Below are positions 1-9,057 of a DNA stretch of 40,268 nucleotides, in pieces. Position 1 is the stretch's first letter. Each line of letters opens with the position of its first letter. The translations under genes and the position numbers were made by a program. Origin of the DNA: Patescibacteria group bacterium. Its GTDB lineage: Bacteria > Patescibacteriota > Gracilibacteria > BD1-5 > UBA2023. Under the pieces are notes generated by a model, which saw only the letters and a list, made by a program, of their open reading frames with translations, did not search any database and was not told the origin of the DNA. The stretch lies in NCBI GenBank assembly GCA_041891375.1, contig JASDUA010000002.1:1-40268 (forward strand), read 5' to 3'.

Positions 1-1
1 G

Positions 2-2098
2 TGCCGGCGGTGGACGCCGGATTTGTGCGGGAATCGACCGCCGTTAACAGGCGAGAACGGGTCCGGGAAAACGAACGCTTTCCGGGCCATCCGGCTGATG
101 TTGGACGACAACATGATCCGTTCTGCTTACAGGCTGGAGGAGTCCGACTTCCACAGGGGGCTCGGTTCTTGGAAAGGCCACTGGATCATCATCAGCCTCG
201 AGTTTGAGGACGTCTCGAAGGACGAGTCCATCCAGGCGCTGTTCCTTCACGGAACGGGCGTCATGGACGAAGGGACGGTCGGCAGGGCGACGTACAACCT
301 CATATTCAGGCCAAAGCAGGAAATCCGGAGCCGTCTCGCCTCGCTCACGCTTGGCGACGCGGCCGGCCTCGCAGCTATCCTCGACCCGCTCACGATCGGG
401 GATTACGAGACCGTCTTCACGGGTCGTAGCGATGCTGATTTCAACGACGAGGCCTTCTATAAGGAGGTAGTCGGGGATTTCGACCTCGTGAAGTTCAGCC
501 CGGAGCTGAACCCTCCGTCATTAGGAGCCAAGCTGCCGAGCATCCTGTCCTTGTACAAGGAGGTCTCGTTCACGTACGTGCAAGCCCTGAGAGACGTCGT
601 CGGGGAGTTCCACAACAACCGGACGAACCCGTTGCTCACCCTTCTGAAGGGGAAGAGCGGGGAGCTCGATCCGGCCGCGATCGCTCCGATCACGGCACAA
701 GTGAAGGCGCTCAACGAGTCGATCGAGCGCCTTCCCGACGTGAACCACGTACGTTCCGATATAAGGGAAACGATCAAAGGTGCCGCCGGCGAGGCCTATT
801 CGCCTTCGTCCCTGTCGATCAAATCCGACTTACCGGAGGAGGCCGATCGGCTGTTCCAGTCCCTGAAGCTGTTCGTAGGCGAGTCGGGGGAACCGCACGA
901 AGGGCCGATCCACGAACTGAGCCTCGGCGGGGCGAACCTGATCTTCCTAACGCTGAAGCTCCTCGAGTTCAAGTACCAGAAAGCGAAGCGCCCGTGCGCT
1001 AACTTCCTCTTGATCGAGGAGCCCGAGGCGCACATCCACACCCACATCCAGAAGACGCTTTTCGACCGGCTCGACTACGACGACACGCAAATCATCTATT
1101 CGACCCACTCGACGCAGATTTCGGAAGTCAGCAACGTCCGGAAGATGAACGTGCTCGGACGGACAGGCGGGGGCTGCGAGGCGTTCCAGCCGACCTCGGG
1201 CCTCGGTCCGGACGTCGTCGAAAACGTCGAACGGTACCTGGACGCGGTCCGGAGCAATCTGCTCTTCGCGAAGAGCGTCATCCTGGTCGAAGGCGATGCG
1301 GAGGAAATCCTCTTGCCAGTGCTCGTGAAGAAGGTTTTGGGCGTCAGCTTGGACGAACTCGGCATCAGCTTGGTCAACATCCGGAGCACCGGTTTCCAAA
1401 ACGTGGCGGCCCTGTTCCACCGTGACCGGATCAGGAAGCGTTGCAGCATCGTGACGGACCTCGACGAGTCGGTGATCGACACCGCGGCCGATCCGGCCGA
1501 TCCTGATTCGCTGCGGAAACTCAAGGACAAGTTCCGCGGTTCTCAGGAGAGCGGCGCGCGTCGGAAGACGGCGCTCGAGGCCTTCTCGGCTGGAAACGAG
1601 TGGGTTGGGACGTTCTTCGCGCCGCATACCTTCGAGGTCGACTTCGTCGCTGCCGGCAACGTAGACGCCGTCGTTAACTCCCTTGACGACGTCTACGTCG
1701 ATCCGGCGACTATCGCGCAAGCCAGGACGGAGCTCGAGTCCGGCGACGTCGGAAAGTACGGAATCCGTACCCTCAGAATGGCCTCCAATCAAGGAAAGGG
1801 TTGGTTCGCGATCCTTCTCGGGAAACGCATAGACCATAAGGTTGCGATTCCCGAATACATCCTCCGGGCAGTCGCCTTTGCCCACCCTGAGCTTTCCGAC
1901 GGCGTTTGGAGGAACGTTCTCGAATACCGGCTCCGGCATCTGTTGCAGGACGGTCTCGCGACGGAAGCGGAGGTGGCGTCGTTTCGGAACCAGATCGACC
2001 TCTACCTTCTGGGGTTCATCGATTTTCCGGCCTTGCGCCGCGAGTTCGGGTCCGCTTTCCCAAACGACGCGCTCAACGCAGTCCTTTCCGTTTATTAA
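2..2098 (+). CDS. gajA: OLD-family ATP-dependent nuclease (ABC-type ATPase + Toprim), Gabija GajA-like; 5' end cut by window edge
   Basis: The frame is open from base 2. Motifs: Walker A GENGSGKTN, Walker B LLIEEPEAHIH, STHS, Toprim VILVEGDAEEILLPVL and VTDLDES. TAA stop at 2096-2098. A UvrD-like helicase starts 2 nt later (class 2 OLD / Gabija architecture). No internal TGA. Confidence 0.8.
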   Translation, partial: CRRWTPDLCGNRPPLTGENGSGKTNAFRAIRLMLDDNMIRSAYRLEESDFHRGLGSWKGHWIIISLEFEDVSKDESIQALFLHGTGVMDEGTVGRATYNLIFRPKQEIRSRLASLTLGDAAGLAAILDPLTIGDYETVFTGRSDADFNDEAFYKEVVGDFDLVKFSPELNPPSLGAKLPSILSLYKEVSFTYVQALRDVVGEFHNNRTNPLLTLLKGKSGELDPAAIAPITAQVKALNESIERLPDVNHVRSDIRETIKGAAGEAYSPSSLSIKSDLPEEADRLFQSLKLFVGESGEPHEGPIHELSLGGANLIFLTLKLLEFKYQKAKRPCANFLLIEEPEAHIHTHIQKTLFDRLDYDDTQIIYSTHSTQISEVSNVRKMNVLGRTGGGCEAFQPTSGLGPDVVENVERYLDAVRSNLLFAKSVILVEGDAEEILLPVLVKKVLGVSLDELGISLVNIRSTGFQNVAALFHRDRIRKRCSIVTDLDESVIDTAADPADPDSLRKLKDKFRGSQESGARRKTALEAFSAGNEWVGTFFAPHTFEVDFVAAGNVDAVVNSLDDVYVDPATIAQARTELESGDVGKYGIRTLRMASNQGKGWFAILLGKRIDHKVAIPEYILRAVAFAHPELSDGVWRNVLEYRLRHLLQDGLATEAEVASFRNQIDLYLLGFIDFPALRREFGSAFPNDALNAVLSVY

Positions 2099-2100
2099 GC

Positions 2101-3903
2101 ATGTTCGAATGGGAGGAAGGGGACCTCAACCCCGAACAGGAAGAGGCTATCCGGGAGCCGGAAAGCGTTTTCCTCGTCGCCTGCCCGGGCAGCGGGAAGA
2201 CCCGGACGCTGACCTACAAGATCGCGTACGAGCTTTCCAAACTGGATTCCTACCGGCAGCACGTCGTGGCGATCACCTACACCCATAGGGCCGCGGACGA
2301 GATACACGAGCGGATCGAAGATTTGGGCGTCGACACGTCGAGGCTGTGGATCGGGACAATCCACTCGTTCTGCCTCGAGTGGATACTCCGTCCGTACGGC
2401 GTGTACCACCCGTCCCTCAAAAACGGGTTCAGGGTTCTGGACTCGCACGAGCGGGAGAAGCTCCTCGAGCAACTGTGCGAACCCTACCGGCGGCCGAAGA
2501 TCACGCACTGGGATTGCGACTGCCACTTCGTCCCGGGCGGATACGTGCTCGCCTGCCAGGACGCGCGGAAGCACTCCGGGCTGCACGCAATACTCGCAGA
2601 GTACTTCCGAATCCTCGACGAACGCCGGCAGGTGGACTTCGAACTCATCCTTTACTACGCGTACCAAATCGTCGAATCGAATCCGGCCGTCAGCCAGATC
2701 CTGTCGCGGATCATCTCGTTCGTGGCGGTGGACGAGTACCAGGACACGAAGCAGATTCAGTATTCCATCATCGCCTCCATCCTCCGGGCGGGCGACGGAA
2801 ACGTAAGGGCGTTCGTGGTAGGGGATCCGAACCAGGCCATATACGGAACGCTCGGCGGTTACCCCATCCCGTTCGACGACTTCAAGGACATGGCCGGTAT
2901 CGAGCTGAAGGAGAGGTCGCTGTCGAAAAACTACCGCTCGTCGGGGAGAATCATCGACTACTTCGGGAACTTCAACGTCCACGGGACTTTGGTGGAAGCC
3001 GCGTCCAAGGACAAAGATTACCCGAGCGTCGTCACGTTCGACTCGGGACTCGACCGTTCCGGCCTGGAGGCCGAACTGGTCAGGCTCATCCGCCACAACG
3101 TCGAAACGTTGGGAACGGCGCCGGGCGGGGTTTGCGTCCTCGCTCCCCAGTGGGTCCATTTGGCCGGCATGACGAGACGGCTGGTGGCCAGCCTTCCCGA
3201 GTACCATTTCGACGGTCCGGGGATGGTCCCCTTCGCCAGGGACCAGGACAACTTCTGGTACAAGCTCGCGAAGGTCGCGTTGACCGAGCCCGCGCCCGGG
3301 ACGTACGTGCGCAGGCTCCGATGGGCCGGCGAGATCCTGAAGGACCTCGAGTCGGCGGGAGTCCGAACCTCGGGGATCACTGCGTCGTCCTTCCTGAAGG
3401 ACTGCAATTCGGTCGAAACGGCAGAAACGGACGGATTGGCATATCTCCGCAGTTTCTTCGAGGGGCTTTTCGGGCGCCTCAGCATCGATTTTTCGGCATT
3501 CTCGGCTTTGGCCGACGACCATGCGGCGTTTTTCGAGAGCTCACAGGCGCGGATTGACCGTTTGAAGAAGGAAGGAACGGAATTCAGCGACGTCGAATCC
3601 TTTAAGAAGGTGTTCCGGAACCGGACCGGAATCACCGTTTCGACGATACACGGAGTGAAGGGCGCCGAGTTCGACTGCGTCATCGCGTTCGGACTCCTGC
3701 AGGACTGGGTGCCCCACTTCAGCGATCCGAAGGGGGATGAGAGCGCGAAAAAACTGCTGTACGTCATCGCCTCCCGGGCAAGGAAAAACCTCCACCTCAT
3801 CTCGGAGCGAGGGCGGGTCAATTTCTTCGGTAACGAACTCGCGGCGACCAGGGTCCTGTCCGGATGCCGCTTCGATTACGATGGCGCTGCCGGGCTGCCC
3901 TAA
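2101..3903 (+). CDS. gajB: UvrD/PcrA-family SF1 helicase, Gabija GajB-like
   Basis: Motifs: LNPEQEEAI, ACPGSGKTRT (motif I), VAVDEYQDT (motif II), NYRSSGRII, TIHGVKGAEFDCVI (motif VI). ATG at 2101 follows the gajA TAA. The 1906 start in the track is an Arg-rich overlap with gajA. TAA stop. Confidence 0.8.
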   Translation: MFEWEEGDLNPEQEEAIREPESVFLVACPGSGKTRTLTYKIAYELSKLDSYRQHVVAITYTHRAADEIHERIEDLGVDTSRLWIGTIHSFCLEWILRPYGVYHPSLKNGFRVLDSHEREKLLEQLCEPYRRPKITHWDCDCHFVPGGYVLACQDARKHSGLHAILAEYFRILDERRQVDFELILYYAYQIVESNPAVSQILSRIISFVAVDEYQDTKQIQYSIIASILRAGDGNVRAFVVGDPNQAIYGTLGGYPIPFDDFKDMAGIELKERSLSKNYRSSGRIIDYFGNFNVHGTLVEAASKDKDYPSVVTFDSGLDRSGLEAELVRLIRHNVETLGTAPGGVCVLAPQWVHLAGMTRRLVASLPEYHFDGPGMVPFARDQDNFWYKLAKVALTEPAPGTYVRRLRWAGEILKDLESAGVRTSGITASSFLKDCNSVETAETDGLAYLRSFFEGLFGRLSIDFSAFSALADDHAAFFESSQARIDRLKKEGTEFSDVESFKKVFRNRTGITVSTIHGVKGAEFDCVIAFGLLQDWVPHFSDPKGDESAKKLLYVIASRARKNLHLISERGRVNFFGNELAATRVLSGCRFDYDGAAGLP

Positions 3904-3907
3904 CGGC

Positions 3908-4096
3908 CTATCTCCAGGGGAGCAGGTCGCAGGCCGTGGACATCGACTGTCCGACCAGGCCGTTGAAGATGCCGAGCACCGGGTTCACGTCCTTAACGGG
4001 TTCTGACGGCCCGCACATGAGCGCGTAGGTCGTGGATCAGACGAGGAGTGCTCCAGCGACGGCGATCGCCGCCGCGATTTTCTGGTGTGTGGACAT
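3908..4096 (-). CDS. Small membrane protein (62 aa) with one in-frame TGA (4037-4039), 11 nt downstream of res
   Basis: Sequence: MSTHQKIAAAIAVAGALLV-[TGA]-STTYALMCGPSEPVKDVNPVLGIFNGLVGQSMSTACDLLPWR, TAG stop at 3908. One hydrophobic helix. Third-position GC is high on both sides of the TGA. Only a short ORF, so tentative. Confidence 0.4.
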
Positions 4097-4107
4097 TGGT
4101 GGAAGGG

Positions 4108-7101
4108 TTATGGACTGTTGGGTTCGAGGACCTCGTGGATGGTCGTGGCGTCCTTGAAGTCGACACCGAGCGCCTTGAAGTGGGCCTTGCCGCAGTCGAC
4201 CTTGCGGTTCTCCGAGCCGCGACGTTCGTCGCGGTCGAGCGTGCTCTTCGTTTCGCGCACCAGGTAGAGCTTCCCGTCGTCCTCGAGCACGATGGCCCAG
4301 TCCGGGTTGTAGTTGCCGACCGGCGTCGGGATCTTGAAGCCCCGCGGGAGCTTGCAGAAGAACTTGACCCTCGGGTCGCCGTCCAGCCGTTCGGCCACCT
4401 TCCGTTCGCCGTCGGATTCGTAGGCAATCCAATCGTACGGCGTCCGCACGACTTCCGTGCCGTCCTCGAGTGTCCCGTTCGTTTCCTGTACGGCGTAGAG
4501 CCGGTCGAGGTACTCCTCGATCTCCGACTCCTCGAACAGCCGCATCTCGTACGCCTGGCCGGTGATGGGCTCGTACTTGATTCCGGACACGATAAGCTCG
4601 TGGAGCGCGCGGTTGACGTGCTTGGCGCACTCCGTCATGAAGGCCTGCGGGTTCGTACAGAAGTCCTTCAGGCGGCCCGAGTCCTTGAGGATCCGCACCA
4701 GCGTGCCGCGCGTGAGCTCCGTCTCGCGCTGCAGGAACGCGAGGATGTCGGGGAGGGGGAGGGAGTTCTCCACCACGTACGTCCGGTTCGACGTGACCCG
4801 TCCGCCGCCCACGCCCGATTCCGTGAGCTCGACCGCGCGCTTGGTGGTCTCGATCCGGACGGCCTTTATCTCCGGCATTTCCTTCACCTTGGCCGCGGCC
4901 CGGGCGACCAGTTCGTCGGTCTTGAACTCGACCGAGTAACGGGTCTTCAGGCTGATCCGCTTCCAGAGTTCCTGGAACTCGGGGTTCAGTTCGACGCGCT
5001 TGTTGTACTTGACGGCCTCGCGCTTGCGGGCGTCCTTGGCGAAGTCGCGCGGGACGAACCGGTTCAGGCGGCTGAGGACGGACTTGCCGAATTCCGCTTC
5101 GGCGAACTCTCCCGGGAGTTCCAGGGAAAAGCCTTCCGCGGACGGCTTGAACGCCTCCTGGAAGTCGCCGTTCTTGTCGATGAACCCTTTGGAAACGAGG
5201 TGCTTCCAGAGCGCTTCCGACTGCTCCTGGGTGACCTGGGCCGTCCCTTCCGGGTTGAGCAGGGGCGTGAACGCCAGTTTCGGCACCCTGCCGAAACGGA
5301 AATTGCCGTCGGGGTCGATGGCCTTCTCGATGTCCGACTGGAGGCCCTTCGCGTAGTCCTGGAAGGTCTCGTTCGCGATGACTGTCAGGCGGTTGACCTG
5401 TTCGTCGAAGATCCGGTCGCCGTCCTTGTTGACGGGGAGGCGCAGGCCGCGGCCGAGGGTCTGCCGGCGTTCGTTCTCGGTGCCCATTTCCCGCAGCGTG
5501 CAGATCTGGAAGACGTTCGGGTTGTCCCAGCCTTCCTTGAGCGCGGAGTGGCTGAAAATGAAGCGGAGCGGCTCCTCGGGATCGAGGAGGCGTTCCTTGT
5601 CCTTCATGATGAGCTCGTACGTCTCGTCGTCCTTCGCCGTGCTCCCGCTCGTGTCGAGGAGCCCCACGACCTTGCCCTTCTTACGGTCCGCGGAGAAGTA
5701 CCCGTCGTGGACCTGGTCGGCGGAGTAGGGAAGGATGCCGCGGTAGATCGATTTCGCCGACACTTCCGCGTAGATTTCCTCGAACCAGTCGGCGACCTTG
5801 CCGTTGCCGCGGTTCCCGTCGTCGTCGTAGAGCCGGTAGCTGGCCACCTGGTCGAGGAAGAACAGGGAAAGGACCTTGATGCCGCGTTCCTTGAACCGCT
5901 TCTCTTTGGCGAAGTGTTCCTCGACGGTCTGCCGGATCTGGTTCTTCATCCGCTCGTCGGCCATCCCGCCGGTTTCCGCCGAAAGCTCCACGATCTGGCC
6001 GTTCCCGAATTCGACGTACTCGTTGCCGGGTTCCGCGCTCACGTTCGTCACCTGGTAACCGTCGTAGTCTGGCCGGTTGGTGAAGTGGGAAAGGTCCGCG
6101 CCGTGCTTGAGCGCGACCTGCTTCTCGCGCGGTCCGTTCGGCGTGTCCTCGAAGATCGTCACCTTGGCCTGCGGCGTCTTCGTCTTGCCCGGATAGCCGA
6201 TCCAGTCCAGGCGGACCATGGTCCGGTTGAAGTCCTGCGTGGGGCTCGCGTCCACCACCTCGATCTGCTTGACGAGCTTGAGGTCGTACGCCCGTATCGG
6301 GTCGAGCTGGTAAATCAGGTTGTACGGGTGGACGTGCGTCGCGGAGTACCTCAGGCAGAAGAGGGGGTTGAGGTTGGCGATGGCACGCTGCGACTTCGGG
6401 GTGGTGTCGACGCTCTGGGGCTCGTCGATGATCACCACGGGGTTGGTCGCCCGGACGAAGTCGATGGGCTTGCGGCCGGACATCCGGTCCTGCTCCTGGT
6501 GGATGACGTTCCCGGCCTTTTCCGCGTCCTTCGCGAAGGCCTGGATGTTGATCACCATGATCTGGATCTCGTTGTTCACGGCGAATTGCCGGACGCGGCT
6601 GAGGTCCTTGGAGTTGTAGACGAAGCTGTCGAAGGCGGCGTTGTCGTACAGGCCGCGGAAGTGGTCCCGCATGAGCTTGATCGACGTCGTGACGCCTTCC
6701 CGGATCGCCACGGAGGGGACGACGACGACGAACTTCCGGAGGCCGTACAGGCGGTTCAGTTCGAAGACGGTCCGCAGGTAGACGTAGGTCTTGCCCGTAC
6801 CGGTTTCCATCTCGACCGAGAAGTTGGGGAACCCGTACGGCCCCCCTTCTTCGACGAGCGCCCGGGACTTAGGGACGGCGTTTCGGGATTGGACCGCGTG
6901 GAGGTTGGCGAGGAGCTGTTCGGGCGCGAGGGCCAGGACGTTGCCGATACCGAGCTCGGAGTGCTGGGCGCCAAGCATCTCTTCCGTCCCGAGGGGAACG
7001 GAAAGCCCCTCCCGGTTCTGAGGAAGGCCTTCGAACAGGTCGGTTACGGCCCCGACGGCGTCGCGCTGGTACTCCAGCGATGAATCGAATTTCAGTTTCA
7101 T
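4108..7101 (-). CDS. res: Type III restriction enzyme Res subunit (SF2 helicase/ATPase + C-terminal PD-(D/E)xK nuclease)
   Basis: 997 aa. Motifs: MKLKFDSSLEYQRDAV N-terminus, VEMETGTGKTYVYLRT (motif I), VIIDEPQS (motif II), C-terminal NPDWAIVLEDDGKLYLVRETKS. TAA stop. No internal TGA. Confidence 0.85.
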   Translation of the reverse strand: MKLKFDSSLEYQRDAVGAVTDLFEGLPQNREGLSVPLGTEEMLGAQHSELGIGNVLALAPEQLLANLHAVQSRNAVPKSRALVEEGGPYGFPNFSVEMETGTGKTYVYLRTVFELNRLYGLRKFVVVVPSVAIREGVTTSIKLMRDHFRGLYDNAAFDSFVYNSKDLSRVRQFAVNNEIQIMVINIQAFAKDAEKAGNVIHQEQDRMSGRKPIDFVRATNPVVIIDEPQSVDTTPKSQRAIANLNPLFCLRYSATHVHPYNLIYQLDPIRAYDLKLVKQIEVVDASPTQDFNRTMVRLDWIGYPGKTKTPQAKVTIFEDTPNGPREKQVALKHGADLSHFTNRPDYDGYQVTNVSAEPGNEYVEFGNGQIVELSAETGGMADERMKNQIRQTVEEHFAKEKRFKERGIKVLSLFFLDQVASYRLYDDDGNRGNGKVADWFEEIYAEVSAKSIYRGILPYSADQVHDGYFSADRKKGKVVGLLDTSGSTAKDDETYELIMKDKERLLDPEEPLRFIFSHSALKEGWDNPNVFQICTLREMGTENERRQTLGRGLRLPVNKDGDRIFDEQVNRLTVIANETFQDYAKGLQSDIEKAIDPDGNFRFGRVPKLAFTPLLNPEGTAQVTQEQSEALWKHLVSKGFIDKNGDFQEAFKPSAEGFSLELPGEFAEAEFGKSVLSRLNRFVPRDFAKDARKREAVKYNKRVELNPEFQELWKRISLKTRYSVEFKTDELVARAAAKVKEMPEIKAVRIETTKRAVELTESGVGGGRVTSNRTYVVENSLPLPDILAFLQRETELTRGTLVRILKDSGRLKDFCTNPQAFMTECAKHVNRALHELIVSGIKYEPITGQAYEMRLFEESEIEEYLDRLYAVQETNGTLEDGTEVVRTPYDWIAYESDGERKVAERLDGDPRVKFFCKLPRGFKIPTPVGNYNPDWAIVLEDDGKLYLVRETKSTLDRDERRGSENRKVDCGKAHFKALGVDFKDATTIHEVLEPNSP

Positions 7102-7108
7102 GGGCGGG

Positions 7109-9019
7109 CTATCAGACGGTGCGGAAGACGATCTGCGAGGCCTTCTCCCGGCCCTGGTTGCGCGCCGCGAAGGTCTGGACGGCGTTCGCCTTGAGCTGGT
7201 CGTTGCCGCCGAATGCCGAATCGAGGCAGAAGAAGTGCATCGGCTCGGCCTCGGCCACGGCGTCCACGAGTTCCTTGGTAACCCGGTCGGCGAGGCAGAT
7301 CAGCAAAGCGCCGCCGGCGATCGAATAGACCGGTAGTCCGGCCATTTCGACGAGCTCGGCCTTCTCCGTCGGGCGGAAGCCCGCCTTCAGGAGGATTTCG
7401 AAGAGCAGGTCTTCCTGGGAGGCCGAAGGGTCGACGTGTTCGACGTGCAGTTCGAGCTGTTCCGCGATTTGGTCCGCCGTTGCGTCCGCTCCGAGCTTCT
7501 GCCACCGGCGGAAGTTGGACTTGTCGAGCATGAACGCCCGGAAACCCAAATCTGCGGCTTGCAGATGTCCGCTTGTGTCTTTCGTCTTGGCGATGAACTT
7601 GCGGATGCGCTCTTTCGCCATGTGCGAAATCGTGGGGAACTCGGGCTGCTCGGTCGGCTCTGGGAGCTGCACAAGAATAAATTGCCGATTCCCGTTGTCC
7701 TTTTGATTCATTGATAGGACCGCGTGCGCGGTCGTTCCAGACCCGGCAAAGAAATCGAGCACCACGTCCGCGGTCTCGCGGTTCGTTCCGAGTTGGAGAA
7801 GGCGTTCGATAAGGCGGGTAGGCTTCGGGGTATCGAATGGAATGCCCGTGGTAAGAAGTGCTTTCAGTTCCTTTTTCGCTTCATCGTTATGGCCCGCATC
7901 CTCATGCGACCACCACGTCGTTGGAGTGACCCCCTGCTTCACTTCGGTTAGGAAGAGTTTCTTGGATGGCTTGCTTGACCCATCCTTTCCAAACCAGAGG
8001 CGGTTATCCGCTAGCAGTGATGGGAGTTCCTCTTTGGTGAAAACCCAACTCCGGCCCTGTGCGGGATAAACTTCCTTGCCGGATGGAGTCGTGATAGGAA
8101 ACCATGCGTATTCTCGGTACTCCGCTCTCGTCGCATCAACTGACTTCCAGGGGCCACGGGGATCGTTGTCGAGGTTCGTGTAGGCGTCATCCTGCTTCGC
8201 AGTTCTCGGGAAAAGATTGACGTTGAAAAGGTCGCTCTTCTGGTAGCAGAGGACGTAGTCGTGCATGGCATCGACCCCCTTCTTGTCGTTCGCTGGACTG
8301 TAAGTCTTCTGCCATACGATGCAGGCAACGAAATTTTCTTCACCGAAGATTTCATTGCAGAGTCGCTTCAGATTCTCAACTTCGGAATCATCGATTGTGA
8401 TGAAGATGACCCCGTCCTGAGACAGCAAATTTCTTGCCAAGTAGAGCCTGGGGTACATCATGTTGAGCCACTTCGTATGGAAGCGCCCCTCGCTTGCCGT
8501 GTTTGTGGAAAACTTTTTCCCCTCATCGTCAGCAAGGCCGGCGTAAGCCAAGTACGTTTCAAGGCTTTCCGAGAAGTTGTCCGGATAGATGAACTCTTTC
8601 CCCGTGTTGTATGGCGGGTCGATGTAGATCATCTTGACCTTGCCGTAGTACGACTTCTGTAGGAGCTTCAGCGTCTCTAGGTTGTCGCCCTCGATGAACA
8701 CGTTTTCGGTCGAATCCCAGTCGACTGATTGGTCTTTCGCGGGCTTGAGCGTCGCGTACGTCGGCGTCTGGATCAGCTTGAGGGCGTCCTTCTTCCCGGG
8801 CCAGTCCACACCGTAACGCTCCCTCCTGGCTTCGAAGAGGTCCGTGAAAGTCCCGAGTTCGGCCTTCAGCCGCTCGAAGTCGAGGCTTTCTACGAGGTTT
8901 CCCTTTTCATCGCGCGTTTCCGTGAAGCAGGAAGGGAAGAGGGTGCGCAGGCGGGCGCGGTTGTCCGCGGCGACGTCGAGCGACGCGCCGTCCAGGCTGG
9001 GGGAGTTTTCGGTAGTCAT
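7109..9019 (-). CDS. mod: Type III DNA methyltransferase Mod subunit (beta-class N6A/N4C MTase)
   Basis: Motifs: IYIDPPYNTG (motif IV) followed by VLDFFAGSGTTAHAV (motif I). ATG at 9019 (MTTENSPSLDG). The GTG at 9076 in the track adds an AT-rich, low-GC3 leader that overlaps the SNF2 gene. The gene ends ...FRTV-TGA-TAG (7112-7114, 7109-7111). Confidence 0.85.
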
Positions 9020-9057
9020 GGTGCCGAGTTTATTCAAATGTTCTGAAATCGGAAGGG

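Noticed and set aside
1906-2100. An upstream start for the UvrD-like helicase (track ORF 1906-3903).
   Set aside because: The first 65 codons are Arg/Ser/Pro-rich and overlap the 3' end of the GajA-like gene in another frame. The ATG at 2101 follows its TAA stop.
4048-7083. A 1011-aa + strand ORF opposite res.
   Set aside because: It is antisense to a Res protein with complete helicase and nuclease motifs. Its composition is low-complexity (V/L/R/E/G-rich) with no recognisable domain.
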